Below are positions 52,436 through 61,157 of a stretch of 64,000 nt of DNA, piece by piece; within the stretch, counting starts at the first letter, position 1, and each line of letters begins with the position of its first letter. This DNA comes from an uncultured virus (IMG/VR IMGVR_UViG_3300045125_000080). Its lineage: Duplodnaviria; Heunggongvirae; Uroviricota; Caudoviricetes. The stretch lies in the IMG/VR virus record IMGVR_UViG_3300045125_000080. One strand, written 5' to 3'. The position numbers and the translations under genes were made by a program. A model generated the notes under the pieces. The model made no database searches and was not told the origin of the DNA. It saw nothing but the letters and a program-made list of their open reading frames with translations.

Positions 52436-52751
52436 TCATTTTTTTATTTTTATTGCGTTCAGAAATATTTTTAGCCTTTGCTTTAGCATCTGCCTTTGAT
52501 GATGCACCCCACGCTCTCAAGGAAAGAAGTAAACGTGTTGGTTTTCCGTCTTTATATTCTGGCCCCGGCATACCGCCCATACGAGCAAGGAAACTTGCTC
52601 TACGAGGATTATCTCCAGACTTTACAGGAGCTTTTAAGGTTCCGCCTGTTTGAGCTTTATACGAATCTCTTCCTTTCTGATTCAAGCCTCCAGATTTTGC
52701 CTTCCCTTCGCTACGAGACCAAGCGGCTGTTTTAAATCTAAGTTTTGGCAT
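52436..52751 (-). CDS. small basic phage protein (DUF6321-like)
   Basis: GGLNQKGR...TLKAPVKSGDNPRRASFLARMGG...SLRAWG. TAACTTTG box at 52767-52774. Confidence 0.6.
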
Positions 52752-52799
52752 ACGTTATGCTTTACTCAAAGTTAAAGTTTTTTGCCACCAAATAAAATG

Positions 52800-53298
52800 A
52801 ATACCGATTTTCCCCGACATCTAAGCCGCTTTCTATAACCTCAAAATAGGGCAGAAAAATAGGCGTGGCCTGTAAAGTTTAACGCTCCCCACAGAATGTT
52901 TGCTTGAACCAAAACATAAAGTCCTCGTATTTTGTATCGTGGAAATGCTCTGGGTTTTCCTTGTTTGGATAGTAGTTTCCGTCTGGTAGGTATAAAATAA
53001 AATATCCTCCTTGTTTTAGGAGCTTTGACCATTCAAGGATAGCTCTAAAGTGATCAGGGAGATGTTCTAAGACGTGGGAGCTGAAGCAGCAGTCAAAGGC
53101 TTCTACTAATTCAGGGTATTTTGTATCAAGGTCATATAATGAAGGGGTTAGTATGCTTACGTGGGGGAAGTTACGGCCATCAATCCCCACAACGCCGTCT
53201 TTAACTGGCTCGTCTCCGCAACCGATATCCACGACTTCCCCGACCAAATACTTCTCTATCTTGGGTAATATTTTTTACTTTCTGATGCCATTTGTCAT
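52800..53298 (-). CDS. class I SAM-dependent methyltransferase
   Basis: VVDIGCG, FSSHVLEHL, LLKQGG. Confidence 0.8.
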
Positions 53299-53377
53299 AG
53301 CTTATGATTGTATGTTTCATCGTAATATTCTTCTCCACAATCTTTGAATTGAGGGTTACCATCGCAATAAGCATCTA

Positions 53378-53575
53378 TTATTTGTTCTCGTTCCATTTCG
53401 TAAGCCTTAAAAATATACCAGCTATTTTATTTAAAATCTCATTTGGCATACTTTCAAATAAAGGATTTAAATTATATGCTAAAAATTCCACTGCGGTTTG
53501 ATGTTTATACAATCCATCTTTAGAATCTGCTTCCATAATATCTATAAGTATTTCTTTTTGTTTTTCTTTGTTCAT
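53378..53575 (-). CDS. hypothetical protein
   Basis: Intact ORF starting at a repeat junction. Confidence 0.5.
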   Translation of the reverse strand: MNKEKQKEILIDIMEADSKDGLYKHQTAVEFLAYNLNPLFESMPNEILNKIAGIFLRLTKWNENK

Positions 53576-53692
53576 AACTTTTCTATTTAAATTGGTTACA
53601 AATTATAACCAGTTATTTAATAAATAAATCACAAAATAAAATATAAGCATATAATAAACAAAATAATAATAATACAAAAAGCATTAACATTC

Positions 53693-53905
53693 TCATAGCT
53701 TTTCTATTTCTTGTTTATCAAAATAATATAAGTTTAATTCATTCTGACAATGATATAAGTAATCTGCGTGCATCTCATCTGCAACAACTAAACCATTTAT
53801 TCCCACATCAACGCATACAGGACATTTACAAGACGCCTCTGTTCTAAAAACTCTTTGCTCTATCCTATCAATAAACCATTGTACATTATGCTTTTCGTGT
53901 TTCAC
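53693..53905 (-). CDS. mini-gene with CxCxxC motif, ending KQEIEKL
   Basis: GTG start inside one junction, stop inside the next. Confidence 0.55.
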   Translation of the reverse strand: MKHEKHNVQWFIDRIEQRVFRTEASCKCPVCVDVGINGLVVADEMHADYLYHCQNELNLYYFDKQEIEKL

Positions 53906-54040
53906 AGCTTTTCTATTTCTTGTTAAAAATATTTCTCCAATAGAATCGTTCATAGTTTCTATAAAACTCAATACCACATATAGTGTACAGAAAAAACTCT
54001 TTAATCCTATACATACTTACATTTATGTATTCTAATAATC

Positions 54041-54261
54041 TCATAGCTTTTCTATTTCTTGTTTTACTTCTTTGAAGCACATTTATCACAATAATCAATT
54101 CCTTTATTTGTATCATTGCCATCCCAATAACAGTGCATCGCTTTTTTACACTCTGGACATCTATACATTGGTTTTGATTTTGTAACTGTATTCCATACTG
54201 ATTTCCAAAATGATGGGCAATCAAATAGTTTGTGTTTCCATTTTTTTATAGAGTTTTTCAT
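54041..54261 (-). CDS. mini-gene with Cys pairs (CPEC...CDKC)
   Basis: MKNSIKKWKHKLFDCPSFW..., bounded by junction repeats. Confidence 0.55.
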
Positions 54262-55702
54262 AGCTTTTCTATTTCGTTTATTGCGTTTAGGACTTGACTT
54301 GTTGTGTATTTTGCGCAAGGGGGAAGTTCTGAGTCAATATAACAAGGCTCACTTTCCACACCAATTTGCTCGATGCCAACAAAATGGTTTCATACAGATT
54401 GGGTTGTTAATGGAATGATTTGTAAGGATAACTTTGTCGGATAGGTCAGGATGCACCACTTCTGGGTTCGTATTGCCAAAGAAAAGTATTGACGGCACAC
54501 CAAATGCTGATGCTACGTGGCTCACGCCTGAATCAATGCCTATAAATAGGTCAGCACTTCCCACTACATAACAAAGAAAGTTTTCGTTTTGTGTATTAAT
54601 GTAAATAGCGTTCTTTATTAAGCGGTACGTTTCTTTTCCTACCTGAAATACCGAATACCCTTTTGCTTGCAGGCTCGCTACCACATTTTCCCAGTCCACC
54701 CCAAATACTCCTCTACCAGACTGTCTAATGCCCTCTAAGTGTATAATACAGCGTCTTTTGAAAAAGCCTTGTACTCTCAATAATATCGAAAACCTACAGA
54801 TAGTTTAGGATTTTTCATTTCTCCATCCTTAATACCGCAGAACTGATAATAAGTTAGTAGTCTATTCTGTTTAGGAACAGACTCGTAGGCCATATCTAGG
54901 TTATGATAAATGGCATTATGCAGTATTCTTCTGTTTATTGTTTTATAAAATGTACCGGGAAGTCGTGATTAACGAAAAGCATATAAAACTGCTCAAGCGT
55001 ATCTAAGACAACCCTATAACCCTTTATTATGAAAATATCTTAAAACAGGTTCAACTAAAATAACATCACCCATTGACGCCATTCTTTTAATTACAACAGT
55101 TTGCTGATACGGCTTATGAAATTTTCCGTGAAATCCAAATGTATCGTAAATAGGCGCTCTAAGTTCGTAAGACAAACCTATCTGCTAAATCCTCTGGGGC
55201 GTATGTTATTTTATAAAACTTTATTAAGGTAATCTCTATAAAGCCTGCCAATTGCTTGGTCTTCCGGATCGTGTAGCAACAATAAAATCATCAAGTAGTA
55301 AGTGCTGATTGAAGTTTTTTAGACCTAATGGAAAATCCTCCATTACCGACATTTTTGCCATCTGGATAAGTCCAAGGACGCTCCTATGTAATCGTAATGC
55401 AAAATTCTGGCAGCCACGACTTCCCGTTCAGCACATACCCATCTGCTTGAATAACTAATACAAAGTCTGTATCAAAATACTTGTATAGCTCTTTAATCAT
55501 AAAGTGAGCTGTACTCTTCCTTTGACCTAATAGTAGGAATATTTACTACCTCAATTCCCTCAAATTCAAAAGGCTTGTCTGTAATAAACTTAACGGCAGC
55601 AAAGTCACATTCAGCCATACTCTTTCGTATAGCTGCTACTGCTTCTCCGTGATTTACGCAGTCTACGCAGATAAGAGTTACATTACTTAGACTTGTTTTC
55701 AT
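54258..55702 (-). CDS. two-domain glycosyltransferase: DUF5672-like N-terminus plus GT9 heptosyltransferase-like C-terminus (frameshifted)
   Basis: IQADGYVL and VGNGGFSIRSKKL; RMASMGDVILVEP; LFIGIDSGVSHVASAFGVPSILFFG. Confidence 0.75.
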
Positions 55703-55804
55703 TCCAAGTTTTCTTGAGTCTTTTGTATACTTTTTTCATTGTGTCGGGGGAAGACGCGGTGATGATTTGAGCCAACTTACGTAGCTTCTTTGCTCTTGTT
55801 TTTC

Positions 55805-56023
55805 TCATTGTCTCCAATTTATAGGTACTTGAATATTTTCTCCATTCATTTTGTTTGGATAAACTCTTATCTCATCATCGTAAAAATTGCGGACAGAACC
55901 ATCTTCATAAAATACAACCTTCCAAACTGTATTTACATCTGGGCCGTAATCTATCCACGCTATAGCCTTACCATAACCAAGTGGGGTATGAACGTCTATT
56001 CCTGCTTTTAATTCGTGTATCAT
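55805..56023 (-). CDS. hypothetical protein
   Basis: Intact 72-aa ORF (VHTPLGYGKAIAWIDYG). Confidence 0.55.
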   Translation of the reverse strand: MIHELKAGIDVHTPLGYGKAIAWIDYGPDVNTVWKVVFYEDGSVRNFYDDEIRVYPNKMNGENIQVPINWRQ

Positions 56024-56812
56024 TGTGTATTCAGTTTACCAAAGTAATAGTCAAGACTTCCCTGATGATAAAAATCATACCCATTCGGCCCTACTGGTAT
56101 GCAGTTGGGAAGTTGTGGGCATATCTCCAAGATACGAGGAACTTTCAAAGCTTCGGCTATCTGATAGCAAAAACTTTGATTGCCAAGAAAGAATTTACAC
56201 CCCTTAATCCATTGAGCCAGTTCATAAAAGTCATCAACCTGAAGTAACTCAAGGTCAAGATCCCACGTCTTGCAAAAGAGGTCTCTTTCTGATTGAAGTC
56301 CTGCAAAGACAATATTTTCCTGATGGGCCTTTAAAAGAAGTAATTGGTTAGATAGTTTCTGTACCGCTGGGTAAAGTTGATTATGATTTTATTATTCTCT
56401 CTTGCCTTGACATCTAAATAGGGAACAGATAGGTCTGATGCCATTTGAGGGAAGACGTAGTTAAACCACCTATTGAGGCTTCCTCTTGGTTGATTGGTAT
56501 ATCTTTCTTGACGTATTAAGTCAAAGTCTATATCTACTTCTTCCCCCTTGAATACTAAAAGTCTTCTATGTAGTCTTGGGAAGATATGAGCCTGCGTAAA
56601 TTATCAAACATATACTGCGACATACAGATAGGCTCGTCATATTCATTCTTAAACGGATGGATGCTGTCGGGAGTTCCCGCACCCTGCATACCTATCCTCT
56701 GGTAAACGATTCCCTTGCGTCCCGTATCTTCCCACAACTTCCTAATACCAGCCAAAAAGCTAATCAGGTCTCCAGAAGGGGAAGAAGTCTTATATTTTAA
56801 AGGATTTTGCAT
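56020..56812 (-). CDS. GT9-like glycosyltransferase (frameshifted)
   Basis: N-terminal SGDLISFL and C-terminal FLGNQSFCYQIAEALKVPRILE, matching the GT-B/GT9 GD...G[ND]S...A.A..VP pattern. Confidence 0.55.
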
Positions 56813-56876
56813 ATCTTTGATACGATATTTTCGCAGCGTTTGCGAAGAGTTTTCTTCACAGCTAAATTGTTAAACA

Positions 56877-57138
56877 ATGCCTAATTTGTTTTTGGTGCAG
56901 GTTTACGGAATTGATGCTCCCGGTGGTTCTACTGAAATCTGCTGCCGCTGGTGGACAAGCAAATCTTTTTGCTTCTCAAAGCCCAATCCACGTTTACCCC
57001 ACTACTCAGACACGTGGCGTAGCTCAAGTACAATGTAACGCTGTCATCGAAGTGCTTCCTCAAGGATTGAATCAAATCTCTACGAAGTACTTTACCGACA
57101 GAACTGTTGCTCAAGTACAAGCTTTGGCTAACGCGTAA
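56877..57138 (+). CDS. small isolated + strand protein with its own promoter and terminator
   Basis: TATCTTTG at 56812-56819, MPNLFLVQVYG start, biased codons, hairpin terminator downstream. Confidence 0.6.
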
Positions 57139-57161
57139 TCGAATTTTCTCGATTAAAGAAG

Positions 57162-57188
57162 TCCGATCCATAGTGGTCGGATTTTTTT
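57162..57188 (+). terminator. intrinsic terminator
   Basis: TCCGA-T-CCA tag TGG-TCGGA followed by T7, between convergent genes. Confidence 0.7.
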
Positions 57189-57341
57189 ATGCCAATTTGT
57201 TTCTGAGTTCTTCCAGCTCATTTTTAAGCTGGTCTAAGGATTGTTCCACGTGAAGCTTTAAGGCAGCCAATATCTTAACTTGGTCTACCACGTCAGACTT
57301 GGAAAGTTCCTTGATAATCTTTTCAATGTTTGCTTTTGCCA

Positions 57342-57557
57342 TTAATCAATGTATTTGTTTGTGATAAAATAGGATACGAGCTGTGTGGTGTTCTTGCAAT
57401 TAAACTTTGCCCTTACAAGTTGTAGCTTGTAGGCAAATGTATTTTTGTTAAGACCGACCTTTTCAGCTACCCCTTTTGCTTTCTCGCCGCTCGCCAAGAG
57501 GCGAACCCAAAGGATTTCTTCCTCTGTCGGAATGGGCGGTGTGTAGTTTTCTTCCAT
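57342..57557 (-). CDS. LuxR-family HTH transcriptional regulator
   Basis: PTEEEILWVRLLASGEKAKGVAEKVGLNKNT...KFNCKNTTQLV. Confidence 0.75.
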   Translation of the reverse strand: MEENYTPPIPTEEEILWVRLLASGEKAKGVAEKVGLNKNTFAYKLQLVRAKFNCKNTTQLVSYFITNKYID

Positions 57558-57561
57558 ACTG

Positions 57562-57639
57562 CAAAGATAGGCGCTATAAAAGAAATTTACAAAAAAATTT
57601 ATATTTTATTTGGTAGTCCAATTTTTATCTATATTTTTG
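57562..57639. promoter_or_regulatory. back-to-back Bacteroidetes promoters
   Basis: - strand TTTG-N20-TATCTTTG (57593-57562); + strand TTTG-N19-TATTTTTG (57609-57639). Confidence 0.7.
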
Positions 57640-57680
57640 TTTAGAAATTATTTGAATAGGATAAATGATTAATTTACGGT

Positions 57681-58172
57681 ATGGGTATTGAACAGATAAG
57701 AGAATTAAAGAAACAGGCAGGACTTCCCAAGACGCCTAAAAAATATACTATCCCCAAGAAGTCAAAGAAGAAACTTAAAGAAGAAAAGGAAGAAAGAAAA
57801 GAAAGAGCAGGTGATGATACACAGCTTGTAAAATGGTACAAGCATTGTCAAAGAGAAATGAGTGGTAATTGTTCAGAGTGTGGAAAGCCGACCAATACTA
57901 AAGTATACGAGTTGGCCATTCATTCTATTTGCCACTTATTAGCAAAAAGAAAAACAGTAGCTCCAAGTGTAGCGTGTCACGCTCATTAACTGGATAGAGC
58001 TGTGTCCTGATTGTCACTATAAGTTTGATAATAGTGCGTGGGAAGATATAGCGAAGTGGGGATGCTGGCCGGAGATACAAGATAGATTGATTCAGGTTTA
58101 TCCAGCGATTGCAGAGGATGAGCTTCGTCACTTCCCCGACATCGTACTAAACTATATGAATGAAAACTCTTG
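57681..58172 (+). CDS. HNH-like zinc-binding nuclease (NinG/Ref-like; frameshifted)
   Basis: CSECGK...ICHLLAKR...NWIELCPDCHYKFD. Confidence 0.55.
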
Positions 58173-58244
58173 ACATTATAGCAACGATAGTCGGCATTAT
58201 CTTTTTATATTTGGTATATAAAGCATTTGTTTATTCATTCTTTG

Positions 58245-58658
58245 ATGATAAATAATTATGATACGAAAAAACTGGTCTGGGTAAATGGATGCTTTGATAT
58301 ACTGCATCCGGGCCACTTTGAACTTTTTAGATTTGCCTCTGAACTTGGCAGTCTACACGTTGGAATAGACGCTGACGTGCGAATTAGAAAGATGAAGGGG
58401 CCGGGCCGACCAGTTAATGACGAAGGGTTTAGAGCCGATATGCTATCTTCCCTGACATTCGTAGAAAAAGTTTACATCTTTGAAACAGATCAGGATTTAA
58501 GAGCAATAACCAAAAGACTCAAGCCTGATATAATGGTTATAGGTGAAGAATATAAAGACAAGACTATTATAGGAGCAGAAAATGTAAAAGAGATTATATT
58601 CTTTAAAAAGACATTAGACTCTACAACTGAAATTATTAATAAGATTAAGAATGGATAA
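58245..58658 (+). CDS. cytidylyltransferase-family nucleotidyltransferase (HldC / RfaE domain II-like)
   Basis: NGCFDILHPGH, KGPGRPVN, KPDIMVIGEEY, STTEII. Confidence 0.85.
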   Translation: MINNYDTKKLVWVNGCFDILHPGHFELFRFASELGSLHVGIDADVRIRKMKGPGRPVNDEGFRADMLSSLTFVEKVYIFETDQDLRAITKRLKPDIMVIGEEYKDKTIIGAENVKEIIFFKKTLDSTTEIINKIKNG

Positions 58659-59016
58659 AAAGCCTATTTGCACAGACGGTTGCCATATACAAAAAGGCTG
58701 GGGCAAAGAAATCGTTATCATAAACAACGAGCTTTATTGTGGTAAGATTCTTGTATTTAAGTCTGGCTATCAATTTTCGATGCACTTCCATATTATCAAA
58801 CAAGAAACGTGGTATGTAAATAAAGGCAAGTTTCAATTTAGATGGATTAATACCGAAGATGCAAGCATACATTCTATGGAATTGAATGTCGGGGAAGTCG
58901 TGACTATCCCTCGCGGTATGCCACATCAATTAGAAGCACTTGAAGATGGAGAAATATTTGAAATATCAACACAACACTTTGATTCAGACTCGTACCGCGT
59001 ATGGAAAGGAAATTAA
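58651..59016 (+). CDS. cupin-fold sugar isomerase-like protein
   Basis: KGWGKE, SMHFH..KQETWYV, IPRGMPHQL, EISTQHFDSDSYRV. Confidence 0.75.
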   Translation: MDKKPICTDGCHIQKGWGKEIVIINNELYCGKILVFKSGYQFSMHFHIIKQETWYVNKGKFQFRWINTEDASIHSMELNVGEVVTIPRGMPHQLEALEDGEIFEISTQHFDSDSYRVWKGN

Positions 59017-59192
59017 CCCCTAGCTTAAAGGCTAAAGACCTTACAGTAAGAGAACACATAGCAATTAACCTGTTGCCTATGATGCTTGCTACTGCTTCAG
59101 ACCTTGATGATCCAAAGGATGTCTGTGATGAGGCTATATCTATTGCTAACCTTTTAATTGAGAGGCTAAATGATGAAGAAAATATACGTTGA
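59001..59192 (+). CDS. hypothetical protein
   Basis: LTVREHIAI...AISIANLLIERLN. Confidence 0.5.
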   Translation: MERKLTPSLKAKDLTVREHIAINLLPMMLATASDLDDPKDVCDEAISIANLLIERLNDEENIR

Positions 59193-59463
59193 TATTGACG
59201 GGACTATTTGTAATACTGTTGAGGGAAAATATGAGGATAGCACCCCTATTCAGGAACACATAGATAAAATTAATAATATGTATGACGCTGGTTGTTACAT
59301 AGTTTACTATACAGCCAGAGGTCAGCGTAGCGGTAAAGACTATTGGATGCTTACAAACGACCAGCTTGAAAAATGGGGTTGTAAGTTTCATAAGCTTAAT
59401 ATGGGTAAGCCTGATTATGATTTAATGATTTGTGATAAAACTAAACGCATCGAAGAAATATGA
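59170..59463 (+). CDS. small HAD-family phosphatase
   Basis: YVDIDGTIC, YTARG, GKP.YDL.ICDK. Confidence 0.8.
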   Translation: MMKKIYVDIDGTICNTVEGKYEDSTPIQEHIDKINNMYDAGCYIVYYTARGQRSGKDYWMLTNDQLEKWGCKFHKLNMGKPDYDLMICDKTKRIEEI

Positions 59464-60209
59464 ACTTCTTAATTATTGGGGAAAAATGTAAAGATGTATT
59501 TGTGTACGGGGAAGTCACAAGGCTCAGTCCTGAAGCTCCTGTGCCTGTATTCAATCCTACTCGTAAAGTGGAAAATTTAGGAATGGCTGCCAATGTTTAT
59601 AATAACTTATTTAATCTTATAGAAAAGAAAGCATCTTTAATCGGTCATTTTTCCAATGATAATATCATAAAAACAAGATACGTTGACGATAAGTCAAACC
59701 ATTACTTTTTACGCATAGACGAAAACGACAAAACAGAGAGTATCAGGATTTCCCCCAACCTAACAAAAGTCATCCATAGTTCAGATTGCATTATTATATC
59801 AGACTACGATAAAGGTTTTATATCACTAAACGATATTTGGTCAATTTGCCAAGAAGCAAAAGAAAGTGCAGTAATTTTCTTAGACACAAAGAAGAAGTTA
59901 ACACCTGTCATCTTTGATCAGGTTGATTTCGTAAAATTCAACGAATCAGAATACAATCTCAATATTAAAAATTCAGAAGAATTTTCAAATAAGATAATAG
60001 TAACGAAAGGAGGAAATGGAGCATACTACGATGGCGAGGACTTCCCCAGCGAGAAGAAATTAACCATTGATGTATCAGGAGCAGGAGATACGTTTTTAGC
60101 CGCATTAGCTTTCTATTTTATGACTTCCCGCGACATAAAAATAGCCATCCAAGAAGCCAATAAAGCAGCTTGCAAAGTAGTATCAGAAAGAGGAGTTTCG
60201 GTTATCTAA
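59460..60209 (+). CDS. PfkB-family heptose-7-phosphate kinase (HldA / RfaE domain I-like)
   Basis: RLSPEAPVPV, GMAANV, ISDYDKG, DVSGAGDTF. Confidence 0.85.
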   Translation: MNFLIIGEKCKDVFVYGEVTRLSPEAPVPVFNPTRKVENLGMAANVYNNLFNLIEKKASLIGHFSNDNIIKTRYVDDKSNHYFLRIDENDKTESIRISPNLTKVIHSSDCIIISDYDKGFISLNDIWSICQEAKESAVIFLDTKKKLTPVIFDQVDFVKFNESEYNLNIKNSEEFSNKIIVTKGGNGAYYDGEDFPSEKKLTIDVSGAGDTFLAALAFYFMTSRDIKIAIQEANKAACKVVSERGVSVI

Positions 60210-60217
60210 AAAATTTT

Positions 60218-60249
60218 TTTGGAAATAGAAAATTGGCGATGTATATTCG
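60218..60249 (+). promoter_or_regulatory. Bacteroidetes-type promoter of the replication operon
   Basis: TTTG-N20-TATATTCG. Confidence 0.55.
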
Positions 60250-60253
60250 TGTC

Positions 60254-60366
60254 GCTTAATCTGAATTTAATGAAATCAATTAAAAATATATTTCAAAATA
60301 CTGGCTCGTCCTGTGACGTTTCCTTCTCTTCATTGAGTTCGGATTAAGCAGCGTTATAGGCGAGCC
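60254..60366 (+). ncRNA. structured cis-regulatory RNA leader (two interleaved helices)
   Basis: 60254-60274 pairs with 60329-60349 (21 bp, 3 G-U). 60303-60318 pairs with 60352-60366. Confidence 0.55.
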
Positions 60367-60382
60367 TACTTAATTTTATTTT

Positions 60383-60583
60383 ATGGCAACAATGAACTCT
60401 TTATTAATCTCTCCAAGTAGAGACCAAGCACAAGTTTCCATTTGTGTTAAATTATGTGGTTCTATACTGATAGAATCATCATATAATGAATGTCCTGTTT
60501 TTATTGAAATAGAAGCCGAAGATTGGGATTCAGTTAAAAAATTCATTGATTCAGAACTTAAAAAATTGAACGAAAATGGCTAA
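60383..60583 (+). CDS. hypothetical protein
   Basis: Intact ORF overlapping the next start. Confidence 0.5.
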   Translation: MATMNSLLISPSRDQAQVSICVKLCGSILIESSYNECPVFIEIEAEDWDSVKKFIDSELKKLNENG

Positions 60584-61113
60584 AGATCCCGCATTTCTTT
60601 TTTATCCCAATGATTGGCTTGGAGGCACTCTTGGGATGACTTTAGAGCAAAAAGGAGCTTACATAGAGCTTCTTATGCTTCAATTTAATAGAGGTCATAT
60701 GACCAAAGATATGATAGGTCACGTGTTAGGTCAAGAGGGTGGTCGAATTTTTGGTCAAATTAAGAACAAATTCCAAATTGATGAAAATGGCGATTATTTT
60801 AATGCCCGACTTGAAGAGGAACAAAACAAACGTAAGTCATTCGTACTCAGTAGGAAAAACAACAAAGAAGGCAAAAATCAATACACAAAAAGAAGGTCAT
60901 ATGAGAGGTCAAATGACCTCACATATGGAAAATGAAAATGAAAATAGAAATATAAGTGAATATAGAGTTAGGGTAAGGGGGTATGGGGGAAAGGGGAAGA
61001 GAGCTGCTTCGTTTGTTGACTTGGAAAAAAATCTTGCCTACTTCACGGAGGATGGCACAGTCTTTCAGGAGCTTGGTTCGGAACAACGACAACTCTTGGA
61101 AAAAAGGAATTGA
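60576..61113 (+). CDS. DUF1376/YdaU-like replication protein (frameshifted)
   Basis: MAKDPAFLFYPNDWLGGT..MTLEQKGAYIELL...FNARLEEE; HMENENEN linker. Confidence 0.7.
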
Positions 61114-61157
61114 AATACTACGAAATTTTTGAAGGTGAAATTTTTTAAAAACTGAAA

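Larger units (their letters stand above)
53572..54278 (-). repeat. five copies of the junction (ACAAG)AAATAGAAAAGCT[AG]TGA separating mini-genes
   Basis: Copies at 53572, 53693, 53902, 54041 and 54258. Each encodes ...(E)IEKL-stop overlapping the next start. Confidence 0.85.

Noticed and set aside
53572..54278. CRISPR array
   Set aside because: The repeats are only 17-22 bp, the spacers are 100-200 bp, irregular and protein-coding, and no cas genes are present.
8962..56247. Numerous + strand ORFs in the track opposite the late genes
   Set aside because: They are antisense shadows of recognisable - strand genes, with no motifs or leaders of their own.
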